From the IMG/VR virus record IMGVR_UViG_3300003965_000014, positions 1 to 50,660 of that record: DNA of 50,660 bases. The stretch is one strand, 5' to 3'. How positions within the stretch are numbered: the stretch's first letter is position 1; each line of letters begins with the position of its first letter. Both the position numbers and the translations under genes were made by a program. Of this stretch, positions 1 through 8,567 are shown one piece after another. Source of the stretch: a virus. Taxonomy: Duplodnaviria; Caudoviricetes. A model generated the notes under the pieces. It made no database searches. It worked only from the letters and a program-made list of their open reading frames with translations, and was not told where the DNA came from.

Positions 1-1173
1 ATGATTATCCAAGTAAAAAACTCCGAAAGAATGTCATTCAGAATCAATAGAATCCGCACCATCGTCAGTATTACAATCGCTTTCCTGTTATTTTTTCAGG
101 TAACGCAGTCGCAGGATACTGCTAAAATCACCAAATGGGTGAATGAAAATCTGCCTGATTTAGGCGGCCGTGCTGTGTTGATGGTGTATAAAGATGGAAA
201 AATGCTGTACACACAGGCTTTTAATAATTTGAGCAAAAAGCAGGAGAACCGTCAAAAACTCAAAGCAAGAATTACCGGTGCTGATGAAGAAGTATTGTTA
301 CAGGATTATACCACTACCACCCGTGAACGGATTGCGAGTTGCAGCAAATGGTTAACAGCGGCATTAGCGATGACGTATATTGATGAAGGAAAATTTCGCC
401 TGAACGATACTGTTGGAAAATTTCTTCCCATCATGACCAAGTATGGCAAAGGACATATCCGCATCTGGCAATGCCTGAGCCATACCACCGGCATTAAAGG
501 TGGTGATTTGAGAGAGTGGTTGCAGGGCATGAAAAATATCAAGAGCATGAACGAAGCGATCGAACAGATTGCCATGTCGCCTATGGAAGGAGAACCCGGC
601 AAAACATTCCGTTATGGAAATACAGGGTTGCAGATCATAGCAGCCATTATAGAAAAAACAGGTGAAAAAGATTTTGAAACTGCATTTAAAGAACGCATTG
701 CCGAACCTTTGAATATGAAGAATACTGATTTCGGTAAAAAAGGCGTTCCGCTTGCAGCAGGCGGTGCTTACAGTACACCAGAGGATTATATGAACTTTTT
801 GACGATGATATTAAATGAAGGTGAGTTTAATGGTAAACGTATTATCAGCAAAGCATTGATCGTAGAAATGCAAAAGAATCGTATTGGTCGTGATGTATTG
901 GTAACATCATCTCCTGCGGAAGCCGGTAGCTGGGGTTATGGTTTTGGTGAATGGGTGATGGACAGTCCGCTAGCAATTGCTGATAAAAAAGGCGCCATGC
1001 CCGACAGCAAACGAAGCAGTGCGGTAACAAGCCCGGGATTGTTTGGAAGCTTCCCCTGGGTAGATACCGAAAAAAAATACTGTGCCTTTTTGTTTGTTTA
1101 CAATCTCCAGCATAAAGGCCGCAACGAAAAGTATAAAGAGTTAAAGCAGGTGGTGGATGGAGTGGTGAGGTAG
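1..1173 (+). CDS. Serine hydrolase, beta-lactamase class C-like family (host)
   Basis: SxxK (SCSK), YxN (FRYGNTG), LSHTTG, AGGAYSTPEDY; N-terminal hydrophobic signal. Confidence 0.85.
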   Translation: MIIQVKNSERMSFRINRIRTIVSITIAFLLFFQVTQSQDTAKITKWVNENLPDLGGRAVLMVYKDGKMLYTQAFNNLSKKQENRQKLKARITGADEEVLLQDYTTTTRERIASCSKWLTAALAMTYIDEGKFRLNDTVGKFLPIMTKYGKGHIRIWQCLSHTTGIKGGDLREWLQGMKNIKSMNEAIEQIAMSPMEGEPGKTFRYGNTGLQIIAAIIEKTGEKDFETAFKERIAEPLNMKNTDFGKKGVPLAAGGAYSTPEDYMNFLTMILNEGEFNGKRIISKALIVEMQKNRIGRDVLVTSSPAEAGSWGYGFGEWVMDSPLAIADKKGAMPDSKRSSAVTSPGLFGSFPWVDTEKKYCAFLFVYNLQHKGRNEKYKELKQVVDGVVR

Positions 1174-1190
1174 GCAACCTCACCCTCCTT

Positions 1191-1214
1191 CTCCCTCTCC
1201 TATGGGAGAGGGAG
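1191..1214. repeat. REP-like palindrome CTCCCTCTCC-N4-GGAGAGGGAG, possible terminator
   Basis: Perfect 10-bp stem just after the stop codon; a related copy lies inside mtaB at 2023-2041. Confidence 0.6.
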
Positions 1215-1391
1215 CGGCGCATCTTCTTTATGCCAAACGGTTTAACTTCCACATAAACAATAGCTCTTTTATCATCTCATTTTCTACCGCTTAAATGCCT
1301 ATTTTGATCTTTAAATAGCAAGGGCTGTGCCCAAGCATCCTCCTCTCTTCAGGGGGAGTCAGAGGGGGGTTTTTCTTATCTTTGCGCCCCG

Positions 1392-2690
1392 ATGACAAAA
1401 ACCAAATCAGTAGCGTTTCATACCCTCGGTTGTAAGCTCAATTACTCCGAAACCTCCACCATCAGCCGACTGATGGAGAATGAAGGTTTTGAGAAAAAAG
1501 AGTTTGAAGACCTGGCGGATGTGTATGTCATCAACACCTGCTCCGTTACGGATAATGCTGATAAAGAATGCCGTCAATTAGTACGTCGAATTCAACGCAA
1601 AGCGCCTGAAAGCCTGGTAGTAATTACAGGTTGTTATGCGCAACTGAAACCCAAAGAAATTGCAGAGATACCAGGCGTTGACCTGGTGCTGGGCGCAGCA
1701 GAAAAATTCAACATTGCTGCCCATATCAAAGAATTAAGCAAAGGCGACAGTACCAAAATAAGCAGTTGTGAAATTGAAGATGTAACCGGTTTCAATGCCT
1801 CCTACTCTATCAACGACCGTACAAGAACTTTTTTAAAAGTACAGGATGGCTGTGATTATACCTGTTCTTTCTGCACCATTCCGCAGGCAAGAGGAAAAAG
1901 CAGAAGTGACAGTATTGCCAATGTGGTAAAAAATGCTGAAGAAATTGCAAGAGGCGGCAGCAAAGAAATTGTATTGACCGGTGTAAACCTTGGCGATTTT
2001 GGCAAAGGTGACATCACACCAACCCTCTCCAAAGGAGAGGGAGTAAAAAATCGTTCAGAAAATTTTAATGAACTCATTCAGCAATTAGATGAAGTGAACG
2101 GTATCGAACGTTACCGCATCTCTTCCATAGAACCCAACCTTCTTACCAATGAGATCATTGAGTTTGTAAGCAAGAGCAAGAAGTTCATGCCGCATTTTCA
2201 TATTCCGTTGCAAAGCGGAAGCAACACCGTATTAGGTGCCATGCGCAGAAGATATAAAAGAGAGTTGTATGCTGAACGTGTGGCTTTCATCAAAGAACTC
2301 ATGCCGCATTGTTGTATTGGTGTAGATGTGATCGTTGGGTTCCCCGGCGAAACAGATGCACTTTTTAAAGAAACCTTTGACTTTTTGCATTCACTGGATA
2401 TTTCCTACCTGCATGTATTCACTTATTCAGAACGTGACAATACCCATGCATTGACGCTGAAACCGGTAGTACCTCACACAGTTCGTCATGAACGTAACAA
2501 AACCCTCCGCAATCTTTCTTATATGAAGATGCAATATTTTACCCAACAACATGCAGGCGAAACAAGACCTGTGTTGTTTGAAGGACATAGCAAAAATGGT
2601 ATGATGGAAGGTTACACAGACAACTACATCAAGATTACCACTCCATACAAAGAAGAATGGGTGAATGAAATTGTGGATTGGAAGATTTAA
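1392..2690 (+). CDS. mtaB: tRNA t6A37 methylthiotransferase MtaB (radical SAM)
   Basis: UPF0004 N-terminus (TLGCKLN, NTCSVT, TGCYAQ), CxxxCxxC (CDYTCSFC), C-terminal GYTDNY; TATCTTTG promoter box at 1377-1384. Confidence 0.9.
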   Translation: MTKTKSVAFHTLGCKLNYSETSTISRLMENEGFEKKEFEDLADVYVINTCSVTDNADKECRQLVRRIQRKAPESLVVITGCYAQLKPKEIAEIPGVDLVLGAAEKFNIAAHIKELSKGDSTKISSCEIEDVTGFNASYSINDRTRTFLKVQDGCDYTCSFCTIPQARGKSRSDSIANVVKNAEEIARGGSKEIVLTGVNLGDFGKGDITPTLSKGEGVKNRSENFNELIQQLDEVNGIERYRISSIEPNLLTNEIIEFVSKSKKFMPHFHIPLQSGSNTVLGAMRRRYKRELYAERVAFIKELMPHCCIGVDVIVGFPGETDALFKETFDFLHSLDISYLHVFTYSERDNTHALTLKPVVPHTVRHERNKTLRNLSYMKMQYFTQQHAGETRPVLFEGHSKNGMMEGYTDNYIKITTPYKEEWVNEIVDWKI

Positions 2691-2699
2691 ATTGCTTTC

Positions 2700-3110
2700 A
2701 TGACCAAAGAACAACTGCTGCACGAACTCCGTCACGAAACATATGTTACCATCAAACCATCTCCCCTGCATGGAAACGGCGTATTTGCCATTCGCTCCAT
2801 TCCGAAGGGCTGCAGAAATATGTTTTCAACAGGCATTGGAGAGTTTATTAAAGTTGAGCGGAGCGAAGTGGATGCACTTCCTGCGCACAGCAGGTATTTG
2901 GTTGAAACCTATTGTTTGTTTGATGATGACTATTACTGGATTCCGGAATATGGTTTTAAAGTAATGGATGTATCGTTGTACTTAAATCATTCTGATTCAC
3001 CCAATATCATTTCCATCAACGATGGAGAATATTTTGAAACCCTGCGTGACATAGAAACCGGAGAAGAATTGTTAATTGATTATGGTACGATCGTAGAGAG
3101 TGAAGAATAA
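2700..3110 (+). CDS. SET domain-containing protein (host)
   Basis: HGNGVFA, YLNHSDSPN, DIETGEELLIDY. Confidence 0.85.
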   Translation: MTKEQLLHELRHETYVTIKPSPLHGNGVFAIRSIPKGCRNMFSTGIGEFIKVERSEVDALPAHSRYLVETYCLFDDDYYWIPEYGFKVMDVSLYLNHSDSPNIISINDGEYFETLRDIETGEELLIDYGTIVESEE

Positions 3111-3166
3111 TCATTACTGAAAACTAATGGCTTGTTACTTTTTAACTTGCATCAAACAGTCTTCAG

Positions 3167-3344
3167 GTTTAGAGATGTTTCCTTCGTCAACATGACGAGC
3201 CTCTGATTATCGAAAATGTTGATGAATAATAGCAGAGGGTTCCTCTATATCGATCCTCACTCTTAAACACGCCGTCATTTCGAACGAAGCCATAGAACAC
3301 ATAAAACTATTTATGTCTTTCGGCGGAGTGAGAAATCTCTAAAC
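3167..3344. repeat. Inverted pair of REP-like elements
   Basis: GTTTAGAGAT (3167-3176) and ATCTCTAAAC (3335-3344) with further imperfect complementarity and internal hairpins. Confidence 0.45.
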
Positions 3345-3383
3345 AATCAACCTGATTTGTACAAACAGAACATACTGAAAGTA

Positions 3384-3412
3384 AAAGAGGGAAGCAAATT
3401 GCTTCCCTCTTT
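3384..3412 (-). terminator. Intrinsic terminator, probably the displaced native ssrA terminator
   Basis: Perfect 14-bp inverted repeat AAAGAGGGAAGCAA-A-TTGCTTCCCTCTTT directly abutting the att core. Confidence 0.8.
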
Positions 3413-3444
3413 GTGGAGGCCACCAGTCCACAATCGAACCCCTT
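3413..3444. other. Left attachment site
   Basis: GTGGAG (3413-3418) and AATCGAACCCCT (3432-3443) both recur at the right end (50590-50595, 50604-50615). Confidence 0.85.
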
Positions 3445-3491
3445 TTCTCTCTTCTGGAGTTTATCGCATCCATTCAAGCGGCGTAAAACGA

Positions 3492-3803
3492 ATGGACATG
3501 AGTATTATTTATCTGCCTAACGGTGGTACTATAAAAGTAAAAGGTACTTGGACTGCTACTCATAACTCAAACGGCTCAATTTCTTACACTAATGAAGATG
3601 CCTTTTTGGGACACATTACTGCTTCCGGAGTTGTACACCTGAGTGAAAAATGTAATCACACTTATCATCCTCCACAACATAATGATCTTGATTCATGCTT
3701 TGATGCAGTTATGAATAATCTGCATCAGTTGAGTGGTTATAAACTCGCAAAACTTAAAAAAGAGCTTTACCGCTTCAATGCTAAATCACATAACTGGAAA
3801 TAA
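3492..3803 (+). CDS. Hypothetical phage protein
   Basis: ATG 3492 preferred because the longer ORF from 3357 crosses the terminator and att site. Confidence 0.55.
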   Translation: MDMSIIYLPNGGTIKVKGTWTATHNSNGSISYTNEDAFLGHITASGVVHLSEKCNHTYHPPQHNDLDSCFDAVMNNLHQLSGYKLAKLKKELYRFNAKSHNWK

Positions 3804-3829
3804 TTCTCTCAGCCCATAACTCCCATTAA

Positions 3830-5992
3830 ATGACGGATACTTTGCTCTGTACGCACTTTGAAGAATTGCATCAGGATGCCATTCTGTGGAAGGCTCAAAA
3901 ACTATGGGCCAATGCCACAGATCCCGATGAACAGGCTACTGCCATGGATGAACTGGTAGAGCTGATGTGCTGTATTGAAAACGAAACAAAGCGCCTCAGC
4001 TACATTGAACTGGTACAGAAACAGAATAAGATCAAAAACACGCTGCTTAAAAAAGCGGTGAAAGAAGAACTGCAGCAGCGGGAGGTCAAACGCCAGGCAG
4101 AGATCGCTAAAAAGAAACTGGAGGCACAGTTTACCAATGCAGAAGAAGCAGGGCTGGCTGATGGATTTAAAGGCAACATACACGATGCCCTCAAATACGG
4201 CATCTATGAACACGAAGGCGTGTATTACAGCAGAGGTGCCAAGGGTGGTGATTACCCGGTGAGCAACTTTACCATGAAGATCCTCTACCATGTAAACACC
4301 GGTGATGAGCAGGCCTTTCGCCTGGTGGCTGTTAAAAACGTGTATGGTTTTGAAAGCTTCATCAACATGAACACGGATGATTTTGTGAGCCTGGGCCCGT
4401 TCAAAAAAGTATTAGCCCGCCGGGGTGATTATGTGTGGAAGGGAACAGACAGCGATCTGAGCCGCCTGCAGGAATACTTACAGCGTGGTGAGGTAAGTAC
4501 CATCTACATCAAAACACTGGGCTGGCACAAGCGTGGAAAGTTTTATGCATTTGCCAATGGTATTGTGCCGCTCAACAGTTCTTTTATGCCGGTGGATGAG
4601 TATGGTATCATCCAGATGGAAAATAAAAACTATTTCATTCCTGCCGTGAGTAAAATGTACGTGGATAAGGATGAGCAGTTTGTGAATGAAAAAAAGTTTA
4701 TCTACTCACCGCCCATTAACGGTTTTAGTGTGCAGGAATGGGCGCATCTGTTTTATAAAACTTACGGCGTAAAAAGTATTGCAGGCATCCTGTTTTACAT
4801 GGGCAGTTTGTTTCGTGATATTATCATGAAGCAGCTGCAGCGGTACCCCATCCTTTGTTTGTTTGGCCCGCCCGGTGCCGGTAAAGGACAGATGGCAGAA
4901 AGCATCATGAGTATGTTTGGCGAAAAGCAGGATCAGATCATGCTGGGTGGTGCCAGTACGGTAGTAGGCTTTATGCGCAAGTTTGCACAGTTTGCCAATG
5001 CAGTAGTATGGCTGGATGAGTACAAGAACAATCTTCCTTTTAAGTTTATTGAGTCATTTAAAAACCTGTATGATGGCAAGGGCTATGAGCGTGGAAAAAT
5101 GACGAATGATTTTGCCACTGAAAGCACACCCATTTATAGCAGCTGCATCCTGAGCGGACAGGATATGCCCACCATTGAGCCCGCACTGTTTATGCGTGTA
5201 ATACTGCTCTCTTTTGAAGATGGAAAGTTTACAGAGCAGCAGCGCCAAAGCTTTACAGAGTTGAAAGAATTTGAGAGCAAGGGCCTGAGCTACATTACTG
5301 CTCAACTGCTCAACCACCGTGAAGTAATTGAGCGGGAGTACAAGGAAACCTTTCAGCTCATTTTCAAACAAACCATTAAGGATGCCGCCAATGTGGAGAT
5401 TGACGATCGCATGATTGTAAACATCAGTATGCTCCTTACAGTTATGCATTTACTGAAAGAGGTGGTGGCTTTTCCATTCACTTATGCTGAGGCAAAAAGC
5501 TGGTTGATTGACAACATGAAAACACAGCACATGATCCTTGCCGGCAATAACGATGTGGCTAAGTTCTGGGGTGTGGTGGAAAGCCTGTTTCACCAGGATA
5601 TGGTGCTGGAAGGAAAAGACTTTGTACTGGAAGATGGTTATATCTATCTCCGCTTAATGCAGGTACACCCGTTGTACATGAAAGAGCTGCGGCAGCGTGG
5701 GGATGTAAACATACTGGCCAAGCCCACACTTGAACATTACCTGAAGCTGGATAAAACAGTGTATTGCGATTATACCCGCAAGCGCTTTCCTGACGGCAGT
5801 AACAACTGGTGTTATAAAATGAAGTATGCCAAGCTGGGTATTGATTTGATTAAGATCAAAGGCGAACTGATGACGGCTGAGCAAAAAGAACTGGCTCTTG
5901 CAAACAAATACCAGGAAATGGGCATACAGGCAGAGCTGGAGTTAAAACCGGCAGAAGATGAATTGCCATTTCCAATGATTAAAAAAGGTTGA
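3830..5992 (+). CDS. P-loop replicative helicase (primase-associated type) lacking a primase domain
   Basis: Walker A GPPGAGKG, Walker B VWLDEY, 720 aa; iterons downstream. Confidence 0.75.
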   Translation: MTDTLLCTHFEELHQDAILWKAQKLWANATDPDEQATAMDELVELMCCIENETKRLSYIELVQKQNKIKNTLLKKAVKEELQQREVKRQAEIAKKKLEAQFTNAEEAGLADGFKGNIHDALKYGIYEHEGVYYSRGAKGGDYPVSNFTMKILYHVNTGDEQAFRLVAVKNVYGFESFINMNTDDFVSLGPFKKVLARRGDYVWKGTDSDLSRLQEYLQRGEVSTIYIKTLGWHKRGKFYAFANGIVPLNSSFMPVDEYGIIQMENKNYFIPAVSKMYVDKDEQFVNEKKFIYSPPINGFSVQEWAHLFYKTYGVKSIAGILFYMGSLFRDIIMKQLQRYPILCLFGPPGAGKGQMAESIMSMFGEKQDQIMLGGASTVVGFMRKFAQFANAVVWLDEYKNNLPFKFIESFKNLYDGKGYERGKMTNDFATESTPIYSSCILSGQDMPTIEPALFMRVILLSFEDGKFTEQQRQSFTELKEFESKGLSYITAQLLNHREVIEREYKETFQLIFKQTIKDAANVEIDDRMIVNISMLLTVMHLLKEVVAFPFTYAEAKSWLIDNMKTQHMILAGNNDVAKFWGVVESLFHQDMVLEGKDFVLEDGYIYLRLMQVHPLYMKELRQRGDVNILAKPTLEHYLKLDKTVYCDYTRKRFPDGSNNWCYKMKYAKLGIDLIKIKGELMTAEQKELALANKYQEMGIQAELELKPAEDELPFPMIKKG

Positions 5993-6027
5993 TGAAACAA
6001 CATCATAACCATTAAAACTAATTACAA

Positions 6028-6258
6028 ATGCCTATACCCATACAAAAGAAAATTGCAATGAGGATGCTTGAACTCCGTGAAAAAAAGGGCTTAAAGCAAA
6101 TTGATGTTTCAGCTGCAGCTAATATGACAAGATCACAGTATGGTCATTACGAGCTGGGTGATAAAAACATCAGCGTAGAAAATATGCAGCGCATTTGTGA
6201 AGCTCTTGAAATATCTGTAGCCGATTTTTTCAACCATGAATTATTCACAAAAAATTGA
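6028..6258 (+). CDS. XRE-family HTH regulator
   Basis: LREKKGLKQIDVSAAANMTRSQYGHYELG...ICEALEISVADFF. Confidence 0.85.
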   Translation: MPIPIQKKIAMRMLELREKKGLKQIDVSAAANMTRSQYGHYELGDKNISVENMQRICEALEISVADFFNHELFTKN

Positions 6259-6261
6259 ATT

Positions 6262-6516
6262 ATGCCCAAGCAAACAATTGTACTCAAAAACGTAGAAGAA
6301 CTGGAGCAGAAGTTTCTGCAGGCTGTTCACATACTCATGAAGATGCGTAAGGCGCAGAAGAAGTTCAGAAATACCTATGCGCAAAACGACATCAATATTC
6401 AGAAGTACTGGGAGGAAAAGGCTGATGTATTTATTGAACAGATGCCGGTACGTGCTGATGAGTATAAAGACACAACCCAATTACAGGTAAACTTAAATGA
6501 GCCTGATGCCCATTGA
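6262..6516 (+). CDS. Hypothetical phage protein
   Basis: 84-aa ORF tightly coupled in the operon. Confidence 0.6.
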   Translation: MPKQTIVLKNVEELEQKFLQAVHILMKMRKAQKKFRNTYAQNDINIQKYWEEKADVFIEQMPVRADEYKDTTQLQVNLNEPDAH

Positions 6517-6860
6517 TTACAAAGAATATCATCCTAAGTGGAAACTCATCAGCAAGCTCATTCGTGTAAACAGGGCCAAGGGTTGCTGTGAGTGGTGTGG
6601 TGCGGTAAATTATGAACCGCACCCAGTTACGGGGAGTAAAGTGGTGTGGTGCGGTAAATTATGAACCGCACCCAGTTACGGGGAGTAAAGTGGTGCTTAC
6701 TGTGGCGCATGTGGATCATGATAAAACCAACAACCGTTTCAGCAACCTGGCGGCTCTGTGCCAGCGCTGTCATCTTGGACATGATATTAAACAGCATGTG
6801 TCCAACCGAAAGTATGGCCGCAACTGGAACGGTAAACATCAATTAAGGATGGATTTATAA
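6506..6860 (+). pseudogene. HNH endonuclease frameshifted by a 49-bp tandem duplication
   Basis: MPIDYKEYHPKW..CEWCG from ATG 6506; LTVAHVDHDKTNN..NLAALCQRCH follows in another frame; deleting one repeat unit fuses the two. Confidence 0.8.
6591..6695. repeat. Exact 49-bp tandem duplication with AGTGGTG microhomology
   Basis: Units 6591-6639 and 6640-6688, third AGTGGTG at 6689-6695. Confidence 0.95.
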
Positions 6861-6907
6861 TTTTTTTTGTTTTCAACACGATTTTAAAAAAAAGGAGAAA
6901 ATTGATT

Positions 6908-7016
6908 AGAACACATGGAACAGATGGAACAATGTTTTGAATCAATGAGTTATGCGGAAATTTTGTTCCATAGCGTTCCGCAATGTTCCAACGTGTTCCA
7001 ATGTTCCAACGTTCCA
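6908..7016. other. Putative replication origin (inverted iteron array)
   Basis: (A/G)GAACA x3 then GTTCC x6 (6965, 6975, 6985, 6995, 7003, 7011), AT-rich flanks. Confidence 0.65.
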
Positions 7017-7058
7017 TCAACAAAAATTGACTTTAAAAACAACTTTTAATTTTTTTTT

Positions 7059-7262
7059 ATGCGACTTATCAAAATTGCTTTTACTGTTTTACTGCCCTCT
7101 TTGGCAGTGTGGTTCTTACTGTTTTTCCTCAACTGGAAGTTTTGGGGAGGTTTTGTTACCGGCTTTTTCATTTGCCTGGTAGTGCTTGGCACACTGGGTA
7201 AATGGCAGGCCCGCAAAGCTGCCGATCGTATTGACCGTATTATTAAAGCTTCAAATCAATAA
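7059..7262 (+). CDS. Small membrane protein
   Basis: Two hydrophobic segments and a basic tail. Confidence 0.6.
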   Translation: MRLIKIAFTVLLPSLAVWFLLFFLNWKFWGGFVTGFFICLVVLGTLGKWQARKAADRIDRIIKASNQ

Positions 7263-7264
7263 CC

Positions 7265-7582
7265 ATGGTTAAGGAACTGGATATTCCTAATGAGAATAAT
7301 AAGCTGCTCTGTAATGCTTTTGTGCAGATAGGGCCGGAGCCTGTTCGTCCTTTCCGGGAAAAAATGTTTGACAGAATTTACAGTATCAAAGTGGGTGATG
7401 AAAGCCGCTTTTATAAGCTGGTAGATTTTATTCGGTTACCCTTTAAGGATATAGGCAGCGCTTTTACGATACCTGCAGCGGGGCTGGAAAGCTTTGCCTG
7501 GCGGGTGCAGTACAAACAAAAAAATCCGGATGTGGAAGATGATACACGTATGGCTGTATATTTTTTTAAGAGGCATGAGTAA
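7265..7582 (+). CDS. Hypothetical phage protein
   Basis: 105 aa; stop codon overlaps the AAC of the attC-like site. Confidence 0.65.
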   Translation: MVKELDIPNENNKLLCNAFVQIGPEPVRPFREKMFDRIYSIKVGDESRFYKLVDFIRLPFKDIGSAFTIPAAGLESFAWRVQYKQKNPDVEDDTRMAVYFFKRHE

Positions 7583-7705
7583 CGTTGAAGCATTGGCGAT
7601 GTGCCTGAGATTTGAAAAACAAAAGTATCAATTAACTACGAATGATTAATAGCGAACATAAGCCGAATGGATGCACGTCAGCAGGCATATTGCCAATGCA
7701 ATGTT
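7581..7705. other. attC-like hairpin 1
   Basis: AACGTT-GAA-GCATTGGCGATGTGCCTG pairs with CAGGCATATTGCCAATGC-AATGTT. Confidence 0.75.
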
Positions 7706-7814
7706 CTATGCTGGGGGTTCATGCTACTTCCTGTCGTTCAATTGAAAAACAGTTGCTCGGTTTGTATTTATTTTTTGAAGCTGCGGAGCAATTGCCGACG
7801 AAGGAGGCAAAGCT

Positions 7815-8567
7815 ATGACGCACATAGGACTGTTTGAAGGAATAGGAGGCTTTAGCCTTGCTGCTCGTTGGATGGGTTGGGAGACTAAAGCATGGTGTGA
7901 ATGGAACCCTGATTGCCAGGCAATATTGAAACAACATTTTCCCGAAGCCGAAGGTTACGGAGATATAACAACAACTGATTTTAAAAAGTATGCAGGCACA
8001 ATTGATGTTCTTACAGGAGGATTTCCCTGCCAACCGTTCAGCATTGCCGGAAAACGAAAAGGCAAAGAAGATGAACGCTATTTATGGGGAGAAATGCTTA
8101 GGGCAATTGATGAAATTAAACCAAGCTACGTTGTGGCAGAAAACGTTTATGGGTTGCTTAATATCGACCGTGGACGTACAGTCGAAGTTATCTGTACCGA
8201 TTTGGAAAGTATCGGGTATGAGAAACCGGTCGTTTTTGATACTACATCTGATTGCTTTGGATTATCAACGCTGGAACGGCACATCTGGATTATTACCACG
8301 TCCGTTAACAAGCGATGCGAAAGGAGCTTGCAGAGTACGCACCAGGACAAGCGAAATACAGAAGGGCAACTTTCGGGAAGTTATCAGAGAGAAGGAAAGC
8401 GATGGGATATATCCGAAACCAGATTTTGCGGAGTGGGTGAAAGGGTTTCCAATAGGCTGGACAAAGAAGATAAAGCAAGATTGATACAAATTGGAAATGC
8501 CATACCACCACAAGCTGCCTACGAAATATTTAGGGTGATTGACCTAATGGTGCGTGGGCAAAAATAA
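7815..8567 (+). CDS. DNA cytosine-5 methyltransferase, large (alpha) chain
   Basis: Motif I LFEGIGG, IV GFPCQPFS, VI ENV, VIII ERHIW, X IGNAI; short, with no evident motif IX. Confidence 0.9.
   Translation: MTHIGLFEGIGGFSLAARWMGWETKAWCEWNPDCQAILKQHFPEAEGYGDITTTDFKKYAGTIDVLTGGFPCQPFSIAGKRKGKEDERYLWGEMLRAIDEIKPSYVVAENVYGLLNIDRGRTVEVICTDLESIGYEKPVVFDTTSDCFGLSTLERHIWIITTSVNKRCERSLQSTHQDKRNTEGQLSGSYQREGKRWDISETRFCGVGERVSNRLDKEDKARLIQIGNAIPPQAAYEIFRVIDLMVRGQK
7990..8484 (+). CDS. Nested alternative-frame methyltransferase small (beta) chain
   Basis: 164-aa ORF inside the MTase gene ending PKPDFAEWVKGFPIGWT (motif IX-like). Confidence 0.7.
   Translation: MQAQLMFLQEDFPANRSALPENEKAKKMNAIYGEKCLGQLMKLNQATLWQKTFMGCLISTVDVQSKLSVPIWKVSGMRNRSFLILHLIALDYQRWNGTSGLLPRPLTSDAKGACRVRTRTSEIQKGNFREVIREKESDGIYPKPDFAEWVKGFPIGWTKKIKQD

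Noticed and set aside
1-1173. Antibiotic-resistance beta-lactamase
   Set aside because: Motifs define only the broad serine hydrolase family; the KTG triad position reads SPG.
3357-3491. N-terminal extension of ORF 3357-3803
   Set aside because: Crosses the terminator and att site; 3419-3486 is better explained as the integrase tail in another frame.
6591-6695. Possible CRISPR array
   Set aside because: Two abutting identical units, no spacers, no cas genes.
6952-7182. ORFs over the iteron region (6952-7182 +, 6787-7023 -)
   Set aside because: Their repetitive peptides just reflect the GTTCC repeats.
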